This document shows positions 9,540 to 20,322 of a stretch of 20,393 nt of DNA, piece by piece. The position numbers and the translations under genes were made by a program. This stretch comes from Rotaria sp. (taxonomy: Eukaryota), in contig CAJNOF010000612.1 of the NCBI GenBank assembly GCA_905250055.1, positions 35,750 through 56,142 of the forward strand. The letters run 5' to 3'. The notes under the pieces are model-generated. The model ran no database searches, was not told the origin of the DNA, and saw nothing but the letters and a program-made list of their open reading frames with translations. Position 1 is the first letter of the stretch. Every line of letters starts with the position of its first letter.

Positions 9540-10660
9540 TTGATAAACCTTTAAAGGGTATATTACAACAAAATAAACTCTTTTAGGGTTTATTAGTCAA
9601 AGCGTTCATCAAACGATACGTTTATCAAAGTTCAAGGCGTTTATCATCAATGCAAAAGGGTATCTTATTCTACGTTTTCGAGGTTACCGTATGTGCTTCA
9701 ACGAATGATGATTGATCATTCTATGGTTTCAGGACGAGAGTATTTTATTATACGGTTTCGGATTTATTATTATGCTTTTTCCTTAAAAGGGTTTATTATT
9801 ATGCCCTTCTGGGTAGATTGTGCTACCTTTCTAAGAAACAGTTCATTGTTCTACGCCTAAGGATAGATTGTTTTGCCGTTTTCTTCGAAGGGTTTATTAT
9901 TCTACCTATTGTACTTGATACTTATACCTCTTCAATCGAAAGGTTTATCATTCTTCGTCAAAGGGTTGAAGCTTCTACTGTTCAACTTAAAAGGGTTTAT
10001 TATTCTACGCATAGAGATTTACTCTTATACTTTTCAAGTCTAAGAGTATATTAATCTACGCGGAATGGTTGATCCTTATACCTTTTCGATTGGAAGGTCT
10101 ATTACTCTTTGGTAAAGGGTTGATTCTTCTACTGTTCAACTTAAAAGAGTTTATTATTCTACGCATAGAGATTTACTCTTATACTTTTTAAGTCGAAGAG
10201 TATATTAATCTACGCGGAACGGTTGACCCCTATACCTTTTCGATTGGAAGGTTTATTAATCTTTGGTAAAGGGTTGACTCTTCTACTGTTCAACTTAAAA
10301 GGGTTTATTAGTCTACGCATAGACATTTACTCTTATACTTTTTAAGTCGAAGGGTATATTAATCTACGCAAACGGTTAATCCTTATACCTTTTCGATTGG
10401 AAGATTTATTAATCTTCGGTAAAGGATTGACTCTTCTACTGTTCAATGTAAAAGGATTTATTATTCTACATATAGAGATTTACTCTTATACTTTTTAAGT
10501 CGAAGGATATATTAATCTACGCGGAACGGTTGATTCTTATACCTTTTCGATTGGAAGGTTTATTAATCTTCGGTGAAGGGATGACTCTTCTACTGTTCAA
10601 CTTAAAAGAGTTTAATATTCTCCATACAAAGACTTATTCTCGTACTTTTAATTCGAAAGG
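9540..10660. repeat. Complex satellite: ~154-bp higher-order repeat (5 copies, 9960-10650) made of three ~51-bp subunits, preceded by degenerate monomers
   Basis: ctactgttcaac recurs at 9974, 10129, 10283, 10436, 10590 (period 153-155). Each unit holds three subrepeats sharing the core AAGGGTTTATTATTCTACG. Looser copies of the core run from 9541. Confidence 0.85.
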
Positions 10661-11269
10661 ATTTTCACAGTATGCTATGAAATTGATTATTTCGTCTTCT
10701 TAAAAGTTGGTTCTTGTTCTTGATTTAATGCAGATCATATTTCAGTTTACGTCATAAATCGAATTGATGGTTGCTCTTCAGTACCGTAAGGAAATTATCA
10801 ATGTAATATTAACTATTAGCGTTCTTTAAAGGTCCACTAGATAAAAGGGTAATAAAAATATAATCATCATAAACACAAGCTTCTTCTTCTCCGACACATT
10901 TCACACAATTATTTAATTCATATTTTGTTACGGAGATTCTAAATGTTACGAATTGATGATACGAGCTATCAAAACTTTCCGTGATTACTTAAAACTGCAG
11001 ATAAATAAACTATTCAATAGAGAAGAACAATTCAGTTATATTTGTTTGGAATTTTAGGCAGTGTTTCTAATAGCGGGTACCCATGACTGCAGCAGAACCA
11101 TCAGATTTCTAAAAATCGTTAGTTGGCATTCTATTCTGCTCGGTGTTTCATAAACTACAGTATTAACTTGATATGGACTCACTAAAATTGGCACTTTGTT
11201 TAGTTTTAACTTTTAGATATACTAGAAATTCATCACTTTTGCTATTATTTCAACAGTAGGGATGTAACA

Positions 11270-11470
11270 ATATCAAGACTATCAATACCAGTATCACTTG
11301 GTGTTGGTAACATCGGTATTGGCAGTATTGATATTGATGTTGGTATTAGTATTAATGCAGATATTGATATCGGTTACCATTGGTATTCGTATTAGTAATG
11401 ATGAGTATCGATATTGGTCACCAATACCAGTACTCACCAATACTGTATTGATATTGTTACATGCCCATTC
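11270..11470. repeat. Cryptic simple repeat of heptamers ATTGGTA/ATTGATA
   Basis: Runs such as ggtattggcagtattgatattgatgttggtattagtatt; low complexity on both strands. Confidence 0.7.
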
Positions 11471-12179
11471 AACAGCATGGTAACTTAAGTCTGATAATTT
11501 CAGAGTAATAGTTTCATTCATTTTAGCATTTGATCTATCGTCATGTATTGATCGATATTTGTGCTGCATCCTTTTCATACTCTCTTTGTCTTTCGTTTTA
11601 TCTTTATGACTGGCAAGTACAATTAAAAGGTTTACTCAGTAACTACATTTGATAAGAATTATTTTTATTTGTACTATTCGGATAGAGTAATCTTAAACAA
11701 TTGTCTCTCAATACTTAGAAGGACTTATTTCTGTGTTGTTTCTTAGCATATCGTTTCTGTATAATTGAATGCTTTTGTTTGCTCTTTCTTTAGTAGGATG
11801 CCCACATCAGAATCTAGGAATTTTTAGAACGCGATGTGTTAAATCTTTCTTGTACTGATTTCATTTTTCCTCTAGTTATCAAACGTCTTCGATACGTGTA
11901 GGTCATACTCCGTTTAACAATTGTTCCTTCGCGATAGAGTAAATGATTGACTTTTGAAAAACTGAACTACAGTTATTTGGTTTCGTATCTTTTCACCTGC
12001 TATTGAGGTATCGAATAATATTTGTTTATGTTTTTTTAGCAGGTTTTGTTTAGTCACCGCTAACGGTTAGATCAAATCAATAACTTGGAACAATATGTAA
12101 GTACAGTTTTCCTCTAGTTCATTCTTTTCAGTTTCTATTAGATGCGGCATTTTAACTCTCAAAACACTTTGAACAACAT

Positions 12180-12700
12180 TAAAGTTTAAAGTAGTACTTT
12201 AAATTTCAAATGTTAGACTCAAAGCAAAACACTTGAAAACGTTAACTTTAATTAAAGCAGACGAAAATTTGATATCTTAACAGAATAGTGTATCATCATT
12301 CTCTGTCTACTCATAATGAATAGCGCATTATTTTAAAACAGTGTAACTTCAACTTGGATTTTTAAAGAGTTAAAGTAGACTAAAGTAAAGAAGTTGATAA
12401 AAATATTTCGAGAAGCTTTGTGTCATAATCAGAGTATCTCTAGTATTCTGACCATAAGAGGATCAACAAACTTCTTCACATTTTTATTAACAACTTACTT
12501 AATTTAATCTACTTTAAGTCTTTAAAAATCAAAGTTGAAGTTATAGTGATTTAAAGTTATTCACTATCCATTGTTATAAGTAAATTGAGGACGACAATGC
12601 TCTAACCTGTTAATATATCAAAATTCATCCACTTTAGTTAAAGTAAAACTTTTAAAGTGTTCTACTTTAACTTTAAACTTTTTAAATGTTTTTTTTAAAG
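12180..12700. repeat. Foldback element copy 1 (about 240-bp TTTAAAGT-rich inverted arms around a ~100-bp spacer)
   Basis: 12250-12400 is the reverse complement of 12490-12640 (core gacgaaaatttgatatcttaacagaatagtgtatcatcattc). The arms consist of AAGTTAAAGT/ACTTTAAA reiterations. The spacer contains ...ctttgtgtcataatcagagtatct... Confidence 0.75.
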
Positions 12701-13320
12701 TTAAAGTAACACTCCTAGGTGGCACTTTAACTTTACTTTAAAATTAAAAGTCAAATTAGCACTTTAAACTTTAAATGTTAAAGTTAAAGTATTACACTTT
12801 AAAATTTACTTTAATAAAAGCTGACGAAAATAGATATCTTGACAGAATAATGTATAATCATTCTTAATTTATGGATAATAATTAGTCGTGCTTAACTTTA
12901 AAACACTTAAACTTTAACTTTGATTTTTTAAGTGTTAAAGTGGAAGCCATTGAGAAAGGTAAGCAATAAAGTTTCGAGGGGTCTTGTTTATTCCTTTGCA
13001 GCCAAAGGAACAAAGATATTCTGATTATAAAAGGTAAAGCTTCTTCGAATTTTTATTGCTTATCTTTCTCAATTGCATCTACTTTAACACTTTAAAAATC
13101 AAAGTTAAAGTTAGAGTATTTTAAAGTTAAGCGCGACTGTTTATTATCAATAAATTAAGAATGACTGTAAATTGTTCTGTCAAGATATCAATTTTCGTCA
13201 ACTTTAATTAAAGTTAAAGTTTTAAAGTGTAATAATTTAACTTTAGAAAATAAAGTATTTTACTTTAACTTAAACTTTTTAAAAAGTTTTTTAAAGTTAA
13301 AGTGCCACCCCTAGTTGAGA
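12700..13320. repeat. Foldback element copy 2 (best preserved, ~90% arm identity)
   Basis: 12720-12960 is the reverse complement of 13070-13310. Termini are cctAGGTGGCACTTTAAC ... GTTAAAGTGCCACCCCTAG. The spacer (12960-13070) is in the opposite orientation to copy 1. Confidence 0.8.
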
Positions 13321-13729
13321 TAAACATCCAGGAGTTCGTCAAAATGTTGAATTATGTGTTCTTTTTTGTCAAGTGTTTTATATAGATATATGCGTTTAGT
13401 CGTATTTTGTTTCGCAAAATGTCTATTTCTCTAGATTACTTATAGGATCTATTGAGCGAATATTTTGAAAAAAACTTAAATTGTATCGCTATGATGTTGA
13501 ATTTCCTTTTGGTTTTGAGTCAGATATTGTAGCACCATCCTATACATTTTGTCGCGTCTTATTTTTTCAACAGTTAAAGGTCGCTATTTTTTTATCTATT
13601 TATACCTAGGCTCATTTCCAGTTGAAAATTTAACTAATTTGTCAAGCTATTATCATAGAAGTTTTCTGTTCTCTTTTGCTTTTCTCTCTTTTTCAGCTAT
13701 GAGATTGGGATAAGGGGTGACACATTAAC

Positions 13730-14310
13730 TTTGCTTTGAAAATTAGAGTTAAAGCAGAATTTTAAACCTTAACTGTTAAAGTTTAAAGAAATACACTTTA
13801 AACTTTAACTTTAATTAGAGTGAACGAAAATTTAATATCTTAGCAGAATAGTGCATCATCATCTTCAGCCTACTTATAACAACCGATAGCGCATAACTTT
13901 AGCACACTTTATAACTTTAACTTTGATTTTTAAAAGGTTAAAATAGAATAAATTAACGAAACAGATAATAAAAACTCCGAAAAGTTTTGCGTATGCTATT
14001 ATAGTCAGAATACCAGAAATGCTTTGATTATACTACACAAAGCTTTTCGAAATGTTTATTGTCTAATTCGTTAATTTGGTTTACTTGAACCCTTTACAAA
14101 TCAAAGATAAAGTTATGTGCTATCAGTTGTTATGAGTAGACTGTGGATGATGATACACTATTCTGTAAGGATATTAAATTTTCGTTCACTTTAATTTAAG
14201 TTAAAGTTTTGAAGCGCCTTAGTTTAATTTCAACATTTAAAGTTTAAACTACCACTTTAAACTTTAATACTTTTTCAAAGTATGTTAAAGTTAAACTGCT
14301 ACCTCCTAAT
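13730..14310. repeat. Foldback element copy 3
   Basis: 13800-13940 (gtgaacgaaaatttaatatcttagcagaatagtgcatcatc...) is the reverse complement of 14110-14200. The spacer (13960-14100) matches the reverse complement of the copy 1 spacer. Ends are GGGGTGACAC... / ...CTGCTACCTCCTAA. Confidence 0.75.
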
Positions 14311-15107
14311 TCATACTTTTAATTCCAAAAAAGTTGTCCTAACAGCTTTTTAAATTGAATTTTCAATCGTGGATTTTTTTCGGTCTATCCTAAAGACTTA
14401 ACTTTTAATATGATATAATTCTGTTTTTTGTTTCATTTTTAGGTCTCTTGGACCATTGTACGTGGCTCAACGGCTCGCCCATGATGCATGTTTTCCGGCT
14501 TCAGTAAGTACGTATTTCAAATCTTTTCTCATAGTTGGGAAAATATTAGCTCAGCAATCCTTTTTCTCTCGTTCAGTTGCAAAATAGCCGTCTGATTTTA
14601 AACAACATGATGGATTCCCAAAGAAAAAAAAGGGAAAATCCCGTACCCGGAGTACGGGGTTCTTGCTTTTGTCCTCTTGTAGATTTCTTATTTCCACAAC
14701 TAGTTTCGCTGTCATGCACTTTTTAACAATATCATGCGAGCTTCCAGTTAATAATTGATTTCCTCAACTTTTCCTTGCGTTTTCCAACCAATAACTCGAA
14801 TGCGTAACCATTCCCTTTGATTGATGTGCATGTGTTAAATATGTCATTCATTATGTAAGCATTCCGAATGTATCTTTTTACGCATTGTGTTTAGAGCAAC
14901 CTGAAATCGAACTTTTTTCGAGCATTCCACTATTCCTAACCTATTGGTCTTCTTTCTACTCTTTTTTAAACTTCTTTAATTCATTTATTCATTCGCTCTG
15001 ATGTGTTTCAGTGCTACTAATATCGCTAGAACGCCCCCTCCCACAGTTCATTACTTTCTGTGTAAAAAAATTTGCTTAAAAGTTAGCGAAATAAAAACTA
15101 ATAATTC

Positions 15108-15327
15108 ATTGTAATGGCACCATTATAATCTGGTTTTAATTAGATTTTTTAAACTGTAGGGGTCGAATTATTTTTCTATTCGGTTATTTTACAATCTGTA
15201 TTAATCGATCCAATCATAGTTCAGCAGATGATTGATAAAAATGCATTGTAAAATAGTGGAATAAAAAATAATTCGACATCTACAGCTTGAAAAACCTGAT
15301 TGAAATCAGATTATAATAGTGTCATTG
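15108..15327. repeat. Long inverted repeat / hairpin (about 75-bp arms, ~68-bp loop); MITE-like
   Basis: 15108-15183 (cattgtaatggcaccattataatctggttttaattagattttttaaactgtaggggtcgaattatttttctattc) is the near-exact reverse complement of 15252-15327. Confidence 0.8.
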
Positions 15328-15519
15328 TAATTGATTATTAATCATTATTTCTCTAGCTTTTAATCAAGTCATTTTTACAGAGGTTCATTTAAGTGCTATC
15401 TGCATTTAACTGTGTAAATTACACATAGATTCACCTATTTGGGACTCAGACAATACACTAGCCGACTAATCTGCCCTTCGCCTAACCCATTGACGTTTAG
15501 ACAATGCATCAACCCACAC

Positions 15520-16010
15520 TCTAAAAAATTTCCGTATCCTGGGAAACGCTTTAAGCTCGAAAACCCTCTTGGAAACCTTTTTTCAGTTTCCGAGAGAGTT
15601 TCCGAGCTTCTGAAGCGTTTCCAACAGTACCTGCGCGGTTTCCGAGATTTCAGAAACCTTTCAGTTTTCGAGAATACCAAATTCGATGCGCGTAAAGTAT
15701 TCGAGAATACCTTTTCATCAACCTCGAATACCTGATTACCATTTTTGGGAACCCATACGGTTTCTAGGAAACGGATGCTCTTCAAAAATATGTTTTGGTA
15801 TCCGAAAAGGTATCCGAGGATACCATTTTGGTTTGTGACACATCTTATAGGAAATCCAATACCTTCCCAAATGGTCGGAAACCATGACTGGTATCCGAAA
15901 ATACCTTTTTTGGTTTCCGAGTACCTTTCTCGGAAACCGAAATGGTTTCCGAAGTCTCTGAAATTCGAAAAGTTACAGAGCAAAATCAGAATTAGTTTTC
16001 AAATGCCACT
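15520..16010. repeat. Block A of clustered short palindromic motifs (GGTTTCCGAG / CTCGGAAACC / GGTATCCGA / TCGAGAATACC)
   Basis: More than 15 motif instances in 490 bp. Many form local hairpins, e.g. ggtttccgagtacctttctcggaaacc, ggtatccgaaaaggtatccgaggatacc, cggtttctaggaaacgg. Confidence 0.75.
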
Positions 16011-16760
16011 TATATAAATAACGGTTTCTAGGGTTTAGAGCTCTTCAAACGGTTTTCTCAAAAAGTCTTCGACTTGAAAATTTTCTCGAAACATAAAATT
16101 CATGCTTCAAGCTAATGTTTTACTTACGTTATTCCTTCTTATTTAAGAAATTATAGAACGGAGAACTCTTAGAATTTTCATACAACATACTTGTTTGTAT
16201 ATCTGCAACCCAGAGCTTCAATTATTCATTTTAATCTCAACCTTTTTTAACTTTTAAGTTATTTCTCAAATTATCAAATAAATTTACTTTAATTTATCTA
16301 TAAACATATCGGGAAAATTTGCGCTGCATAATTTTCTGGAATGCTCTAATGTGTCGTCTTTTCTGCGCTACGTTACATTTCAATGTTAATCGAAGTTAAT
16401 TAGGTACAGCTTCACTCTAACATTTCGTTTGTATACGATCAGCTAAAATCGCAATGATATAATTTCTCCAGCACAAACTTCCTAATCCTTCAGATATCCA
16501 GAGAAGCTATTTAATTAGTATACATGCCCTATAACACAGACAAGCCGAACCAACTTTCTACAATACTACCATTTTGATTTCATCTACATAATGCTTCTTT
16601 ATTTCTACATATCCACGTAAAAATAATGACTCCGCCATCAGCAACGGGCTCCTATGTTGATAATTTACTGTCCCCTATTGCATACACCGAGAAAAGCAAG
16701 ACATAATAAAAATACATATATTTCTTTTACCTTATACGTACGTGTATACCAATGTCACTC

Positions 16761-17750
16761 AATAATAAAGGTAAGTCAATTTATATAAATAAGATCATAT
16801 ACAACTATTTTATTTATATGTAGGTCTTCATGAATGCGCATTCACAAAAGTGGTAAGTCAATTAATATAAATAAATTTATGTTTAACTATTTTATTTATA
16901 TTTAAGTCTTCATGAATTTACATTCACAAAACTGGTAAATCAATGAATTTCAATAAATTTATATCTAACTATTTTATTTATATTTAAGTCTTCATGAATT
17001 TACATTCACAAAAGTGATGAGTATACCAATTTAAATAAAATTATATCTAATTATTTTATTTATATTAAGGTTTTCATGAATTTATACTCACGAAGCTGGT
17101 AAGTGAATGAATTTTAGTAAATTCATATCTAACTATTTGATTTATATTTAAGTCTTTATGAATGTACATTAACAAAATTGGTAAGTCGATTAATATCAAG
17201 AAATTTACATCTAATGAGTTTGTTTTATATTTAGGTCTTGCTGAATTCAGAATCACAAGACTGGTAAGTCAATGAATTTAAATAAATTTATGTCTAACTA
17301 TTTTATTTATATTTAGGTCTTCGTGAATGTACACTCACAAAGCTGGTAAGTGAATGAATTTTAGTAAACTGATATCTAACTATTTTATTTATATTAAGGT
17401 CTTCATGAATTTACACTCACGAAGCTGAGAAGTAAATGAATTTTAGTAAATTCATATCTAACTATTTGATTTATATTTAAGTCTTCATGAATGTACATTC
17501 ACAAAACTGGTAAGTCAATTAATATCAAGAAATTTATATCTAATGAGTTTGTTTTATATTTAGGTCTTGCTGAATTCAGAATCACAAAACTGGTAAGTCA
17601 ATTAATAAAAATAAATTTAGCTAACTATTTGTTTTTGTGTTTAGGTCTTGATGAATGCACATTCAGAAAGCTGGTAAGTCAATGCATTGAAGGAAAATTA
17701 TATCTAATGATTTTATTTTATATTTAGGAATATGTGAATGTAAAATAGTG
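16761..17750. repeat. 82-bp satellite, 12 tandem copies
   Basis: GGTAAGT recurs at 16761, 16852, 16934, 17098, 17180, 17264, 17345, 17509, 17592, 17673. Consensus: GGTAAGTCAATGAATTTAAATAAATTTATATCTAACTATTTTATTTATATTTAGGTCTTCATGAATGTACATTCACAAAACT. Confidence 0.9.
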
Positions 17751-17779
17751 GTTATGGATCGGACCTTAGTTTGGATGCG

Positions 17780-18005
17780 TTTCGGGCTGACGTACGGATT
17801 AGTTTGATGGGGCTGAGCGAGTCGAAGGGAGTTTTGAAAACTGCTCGGAAATCCATTAAGAGTTTCCGAGGATAGACAATGTGTCGATCTAAAATGAAAG
17901 ATAGGGTTCCCGAGATGTCGGAAGCCCTTTCTGGGAAACCCTTAAAGCGTTTCCGATAATAACAAATTCGGAAACCCTTTAAGGGTTTCCTAAGGTACGA
18001 TTTTG
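17780..18005. repeat. Block B of the same GGTTTCCGAG/GGAAACCC motif family, in direct orientation relative to block A
   Basis: agagtttccgaggatag, gggttcccgagatgtcggaagccc, ctgggaaacccttaaagcgtttccgat, and the palindrome ttcggaaaccctttaagggtttcc. Confidence 0.7.
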
Positions 18006-18018
18006 TTTTAGAGTGCAC

Positions 18019-18350
18019 TGATGTACCCTTTGATCAACCCATGTTAGGTTGAGAAAACACGTCAACCTTCTGATGTAAGCTTTGATCAACGCACTTGAGG
18101 TTGATGGAAGACATCAACCCACTGATCTACCCTTTGATAAACCCATGTGAGGTTGAGGCAACACATCAACCTTCTGATGTACCCTTCCACCAGCCCATAT
18201 GACGTTGAGGCAATGCATCAACCCACTGAAGTACCCTTTGATAAATCCATGTGAGGTTGACGCAGCATATCAACCCACTGATCTACCCTTTGATCAACCA
18301 ATGTATGGTTGATGCAACTTATCAACCTTTTGAACTACCCATTTATTAAG
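18019..18350. repeat. ~60-bp satellite, 6 copies, each with GATCAACC / GGTTGA inverted motifs
   Basis: Units begin ctgatgtaccctttgatcaacccatgttaggttga.... The period is 59-60 bp, with variants tgatctaccctttgataaaccc. Confidence 0.85.
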
Positions 18351-18404
18351 GAGAAAGCATTGGCAAATCTAGTGGTTTTGAAATTTCATCTACCCTTACT
18401 GAGG

Positions 18405-18605
18405 GTTTAGGAAAATGCAACGTATGAAATACCGTTTTTTCGTTCTTCATTTTTATATACCCTTTGATAAACCTTTCCATGGGCAGTATTTTATCTTGAA
18501 AAACCCCTTGTTTGAGCCTTTCGAAGGGTTTATGAAAGGGTATATAATATGCTGATAAACGGTGAAAAAGGGTATTTCATACGTTGCATTTTGATAAACG
18601 TTTTA
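18405..18605. repeat. Inverted repeat pair (~35-bp arms, ~120-bp spacer) carrying the CCCTTTGATAAAC motif
   Basis: 18410-18445 (aaaatgcaacgtatgaaataccgttttttcg) is the reverse complement of 18568-18602 (cggtgaaaaagggtatttcatacgttgcatttt). Confidence 0.7.
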
Positions 18606-19935
18606 AGGGTTTAGTATTCGACTCTTTTTTTTTTCAGTGTACCCATACCCATGCACACCGTGTTTGGCCTAATATAGACAGTTTGCTCGGTGGGCTGATG
18701 GATTTTGCCACACCGTCTTATAGATCCTTAAGTTGACTACAATGTATTGCTTTTAGTCTGCCGATTGTAGTACAGTTAGTATCACGCGTGTTTGTTTGAA
18801 CAGGATTTTTCGTCCTGACCCTCCATGAACCTCATTTCGTCTGAAGCTTTAAGAGCTCACTGGGAAAAATAGCTCTTATGTTCAAAATTTTTTGGCTTCA
18901 TCTATGACTTTGAAGCACAACCATGCGACTGAAATTCTTTGGATATGAGTTCTCAGTTTCTTATTTGTCTAATAGCTGAATTTGAGGAATCGAGTAGGAG
19001 AAAATAAACGGACAAACTAATTATGATGGATACAGGCAACGTCATAAAGTTGAGATAGAAGAAGAAATGAACATAGTAGGAAGTAGGTGATGCTTCATAG
19101 CACGTGGAGGTGACTGGCAGGAACATACATTAAAAAAGACAAATAACTATATAACATTCAAAACGATTTCTTTCGCTCTTGGAATCGTGCTGATTATTTA
19201 CCCACCACGATCAAATTCTTAAAAATGTAACCAACTTTGAAAATTTCAATATTGCTTTTAAGGCGAGTTTTTCGTGACATATACTATTTGCCTGCTTCTT
19301 TCACACTGTTTGTTTCTTATTTGTGCAACATGGCAATGCTGTCGACTTCATTTACATCTCGATTGCCTCCTTTTTTTCTTTTGTTTTAAATTTTTTTCAA
19401 ATATGCACTCCGCAAAAGGTTTGCTTACAGCAACAATAAAACATTTACGAAAAGAGTGAACGAAAAATGATGAGAAAGAAGAGAAAAAATTGCTCTTATT
19501 CAATGAGATTCATGTTAAATCAATTGCATAGACCAATATTTATTTCTGTATGATGTGAGGTGCTTGGAATCGCCACGACTATGGCTGCGTCTGTGAGTAT
19601 GGGGATGTGAGTGTGGGCCGTGGGTACAGTCCGTCGGGTTGGTTCCGAATCCGGATCCAGTCAGGTTCGAGTTTAGGTCCGGTCCGACTTCATGAGTGCT
19701 GCTCGGAGAAAAGCCAATTATATGTTGATTCTTACAAGATAATGATCAAGGTTGCGTTAGAACAGTTAAGAGTGTATTCCTGGGGGATTATTAGGTGCGA
19801 ATTTAAAATATTTCATTAAGTATCAACAGTGCAATTTGGGATTGGGTCCGGGTCCCAAAAAAATTTAATCGATCGGGTCTGGGTCTGAGCTCCGGTTCAG
19901 AATTGTTGGATCCGACGAGTTCTAGCGGTGAGTCG

Positions 19936-20066
19936 CTGTGGGTGTGGGGTTTGGGTGTGGGTGGAGTTTGAGTGTACGTGGGTGGACTTTGGGTGTCGGG
20001 TGTGAGCGGATGTGGAGGGTCGGTGTGGGTGTGCGTGCGTGTAGATATGGGCACGGGTGCCAGTGT
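19936..20066. repeat. Decayed G+T-rich tract, a degenerate (TGTGGG)n-like array
   Basis: ctgtgggtgtggggtttgggtgtgggtggagtttgagtgtacgtgggtggactttgggtgtcgggtgtgagcggatgtggagggtcggtgtgggtgtgcgtgcgtg. Confidence 0.7.
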
Positions 20067-20322
20067 GAACGATGCTAAAAGTGTTTTTTATTCACAAACT
20101 AGCGAGAACTCATGCATGCTGCGCGGCGGTATTTTTTTTCTTTAGTGTACGATCTCAAAACTTTAATCTTTCACTTGGTAATAGACACACAAACACTCGG
20201 CATTATGTGCATAGAAGCCCTATGCCCTAATATTCTTATATCGCTAATATCCCATATAGCCTTATGGCCTTACAGCCTTACATTTCTTGTAGCTCTTGTA
20301 GCCTTATGTGCTTATAGCCTTA

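Noticed and set aside
11294-11578. Overlapping ORFs (94 aa -, 61 aa +) in the ATTGGTA/ATTGATA simple repeat
   Set aside because: Both strands are open only because of the heptamer repeat. The peptides are poly-(I/L/V/T/N) runs.
15435-16017. Six-frame ORFs of 182 aa (-), 98 aa and 90 aa (+) over motif block A
   Set aside because: They lie entirely in reiterated GGTTTCCGAG/palindromic DNA. The translations are low complexity (FRDFGNHFGFRERY..., WYPKRYPRIPFWF...) and open on both strands. They are compositional artefacts.
17752-18018. 88-aa minus-strand ORF over motif block B
   Set aside because: Same repeat-driven artefact as block A, with no start or splice context.
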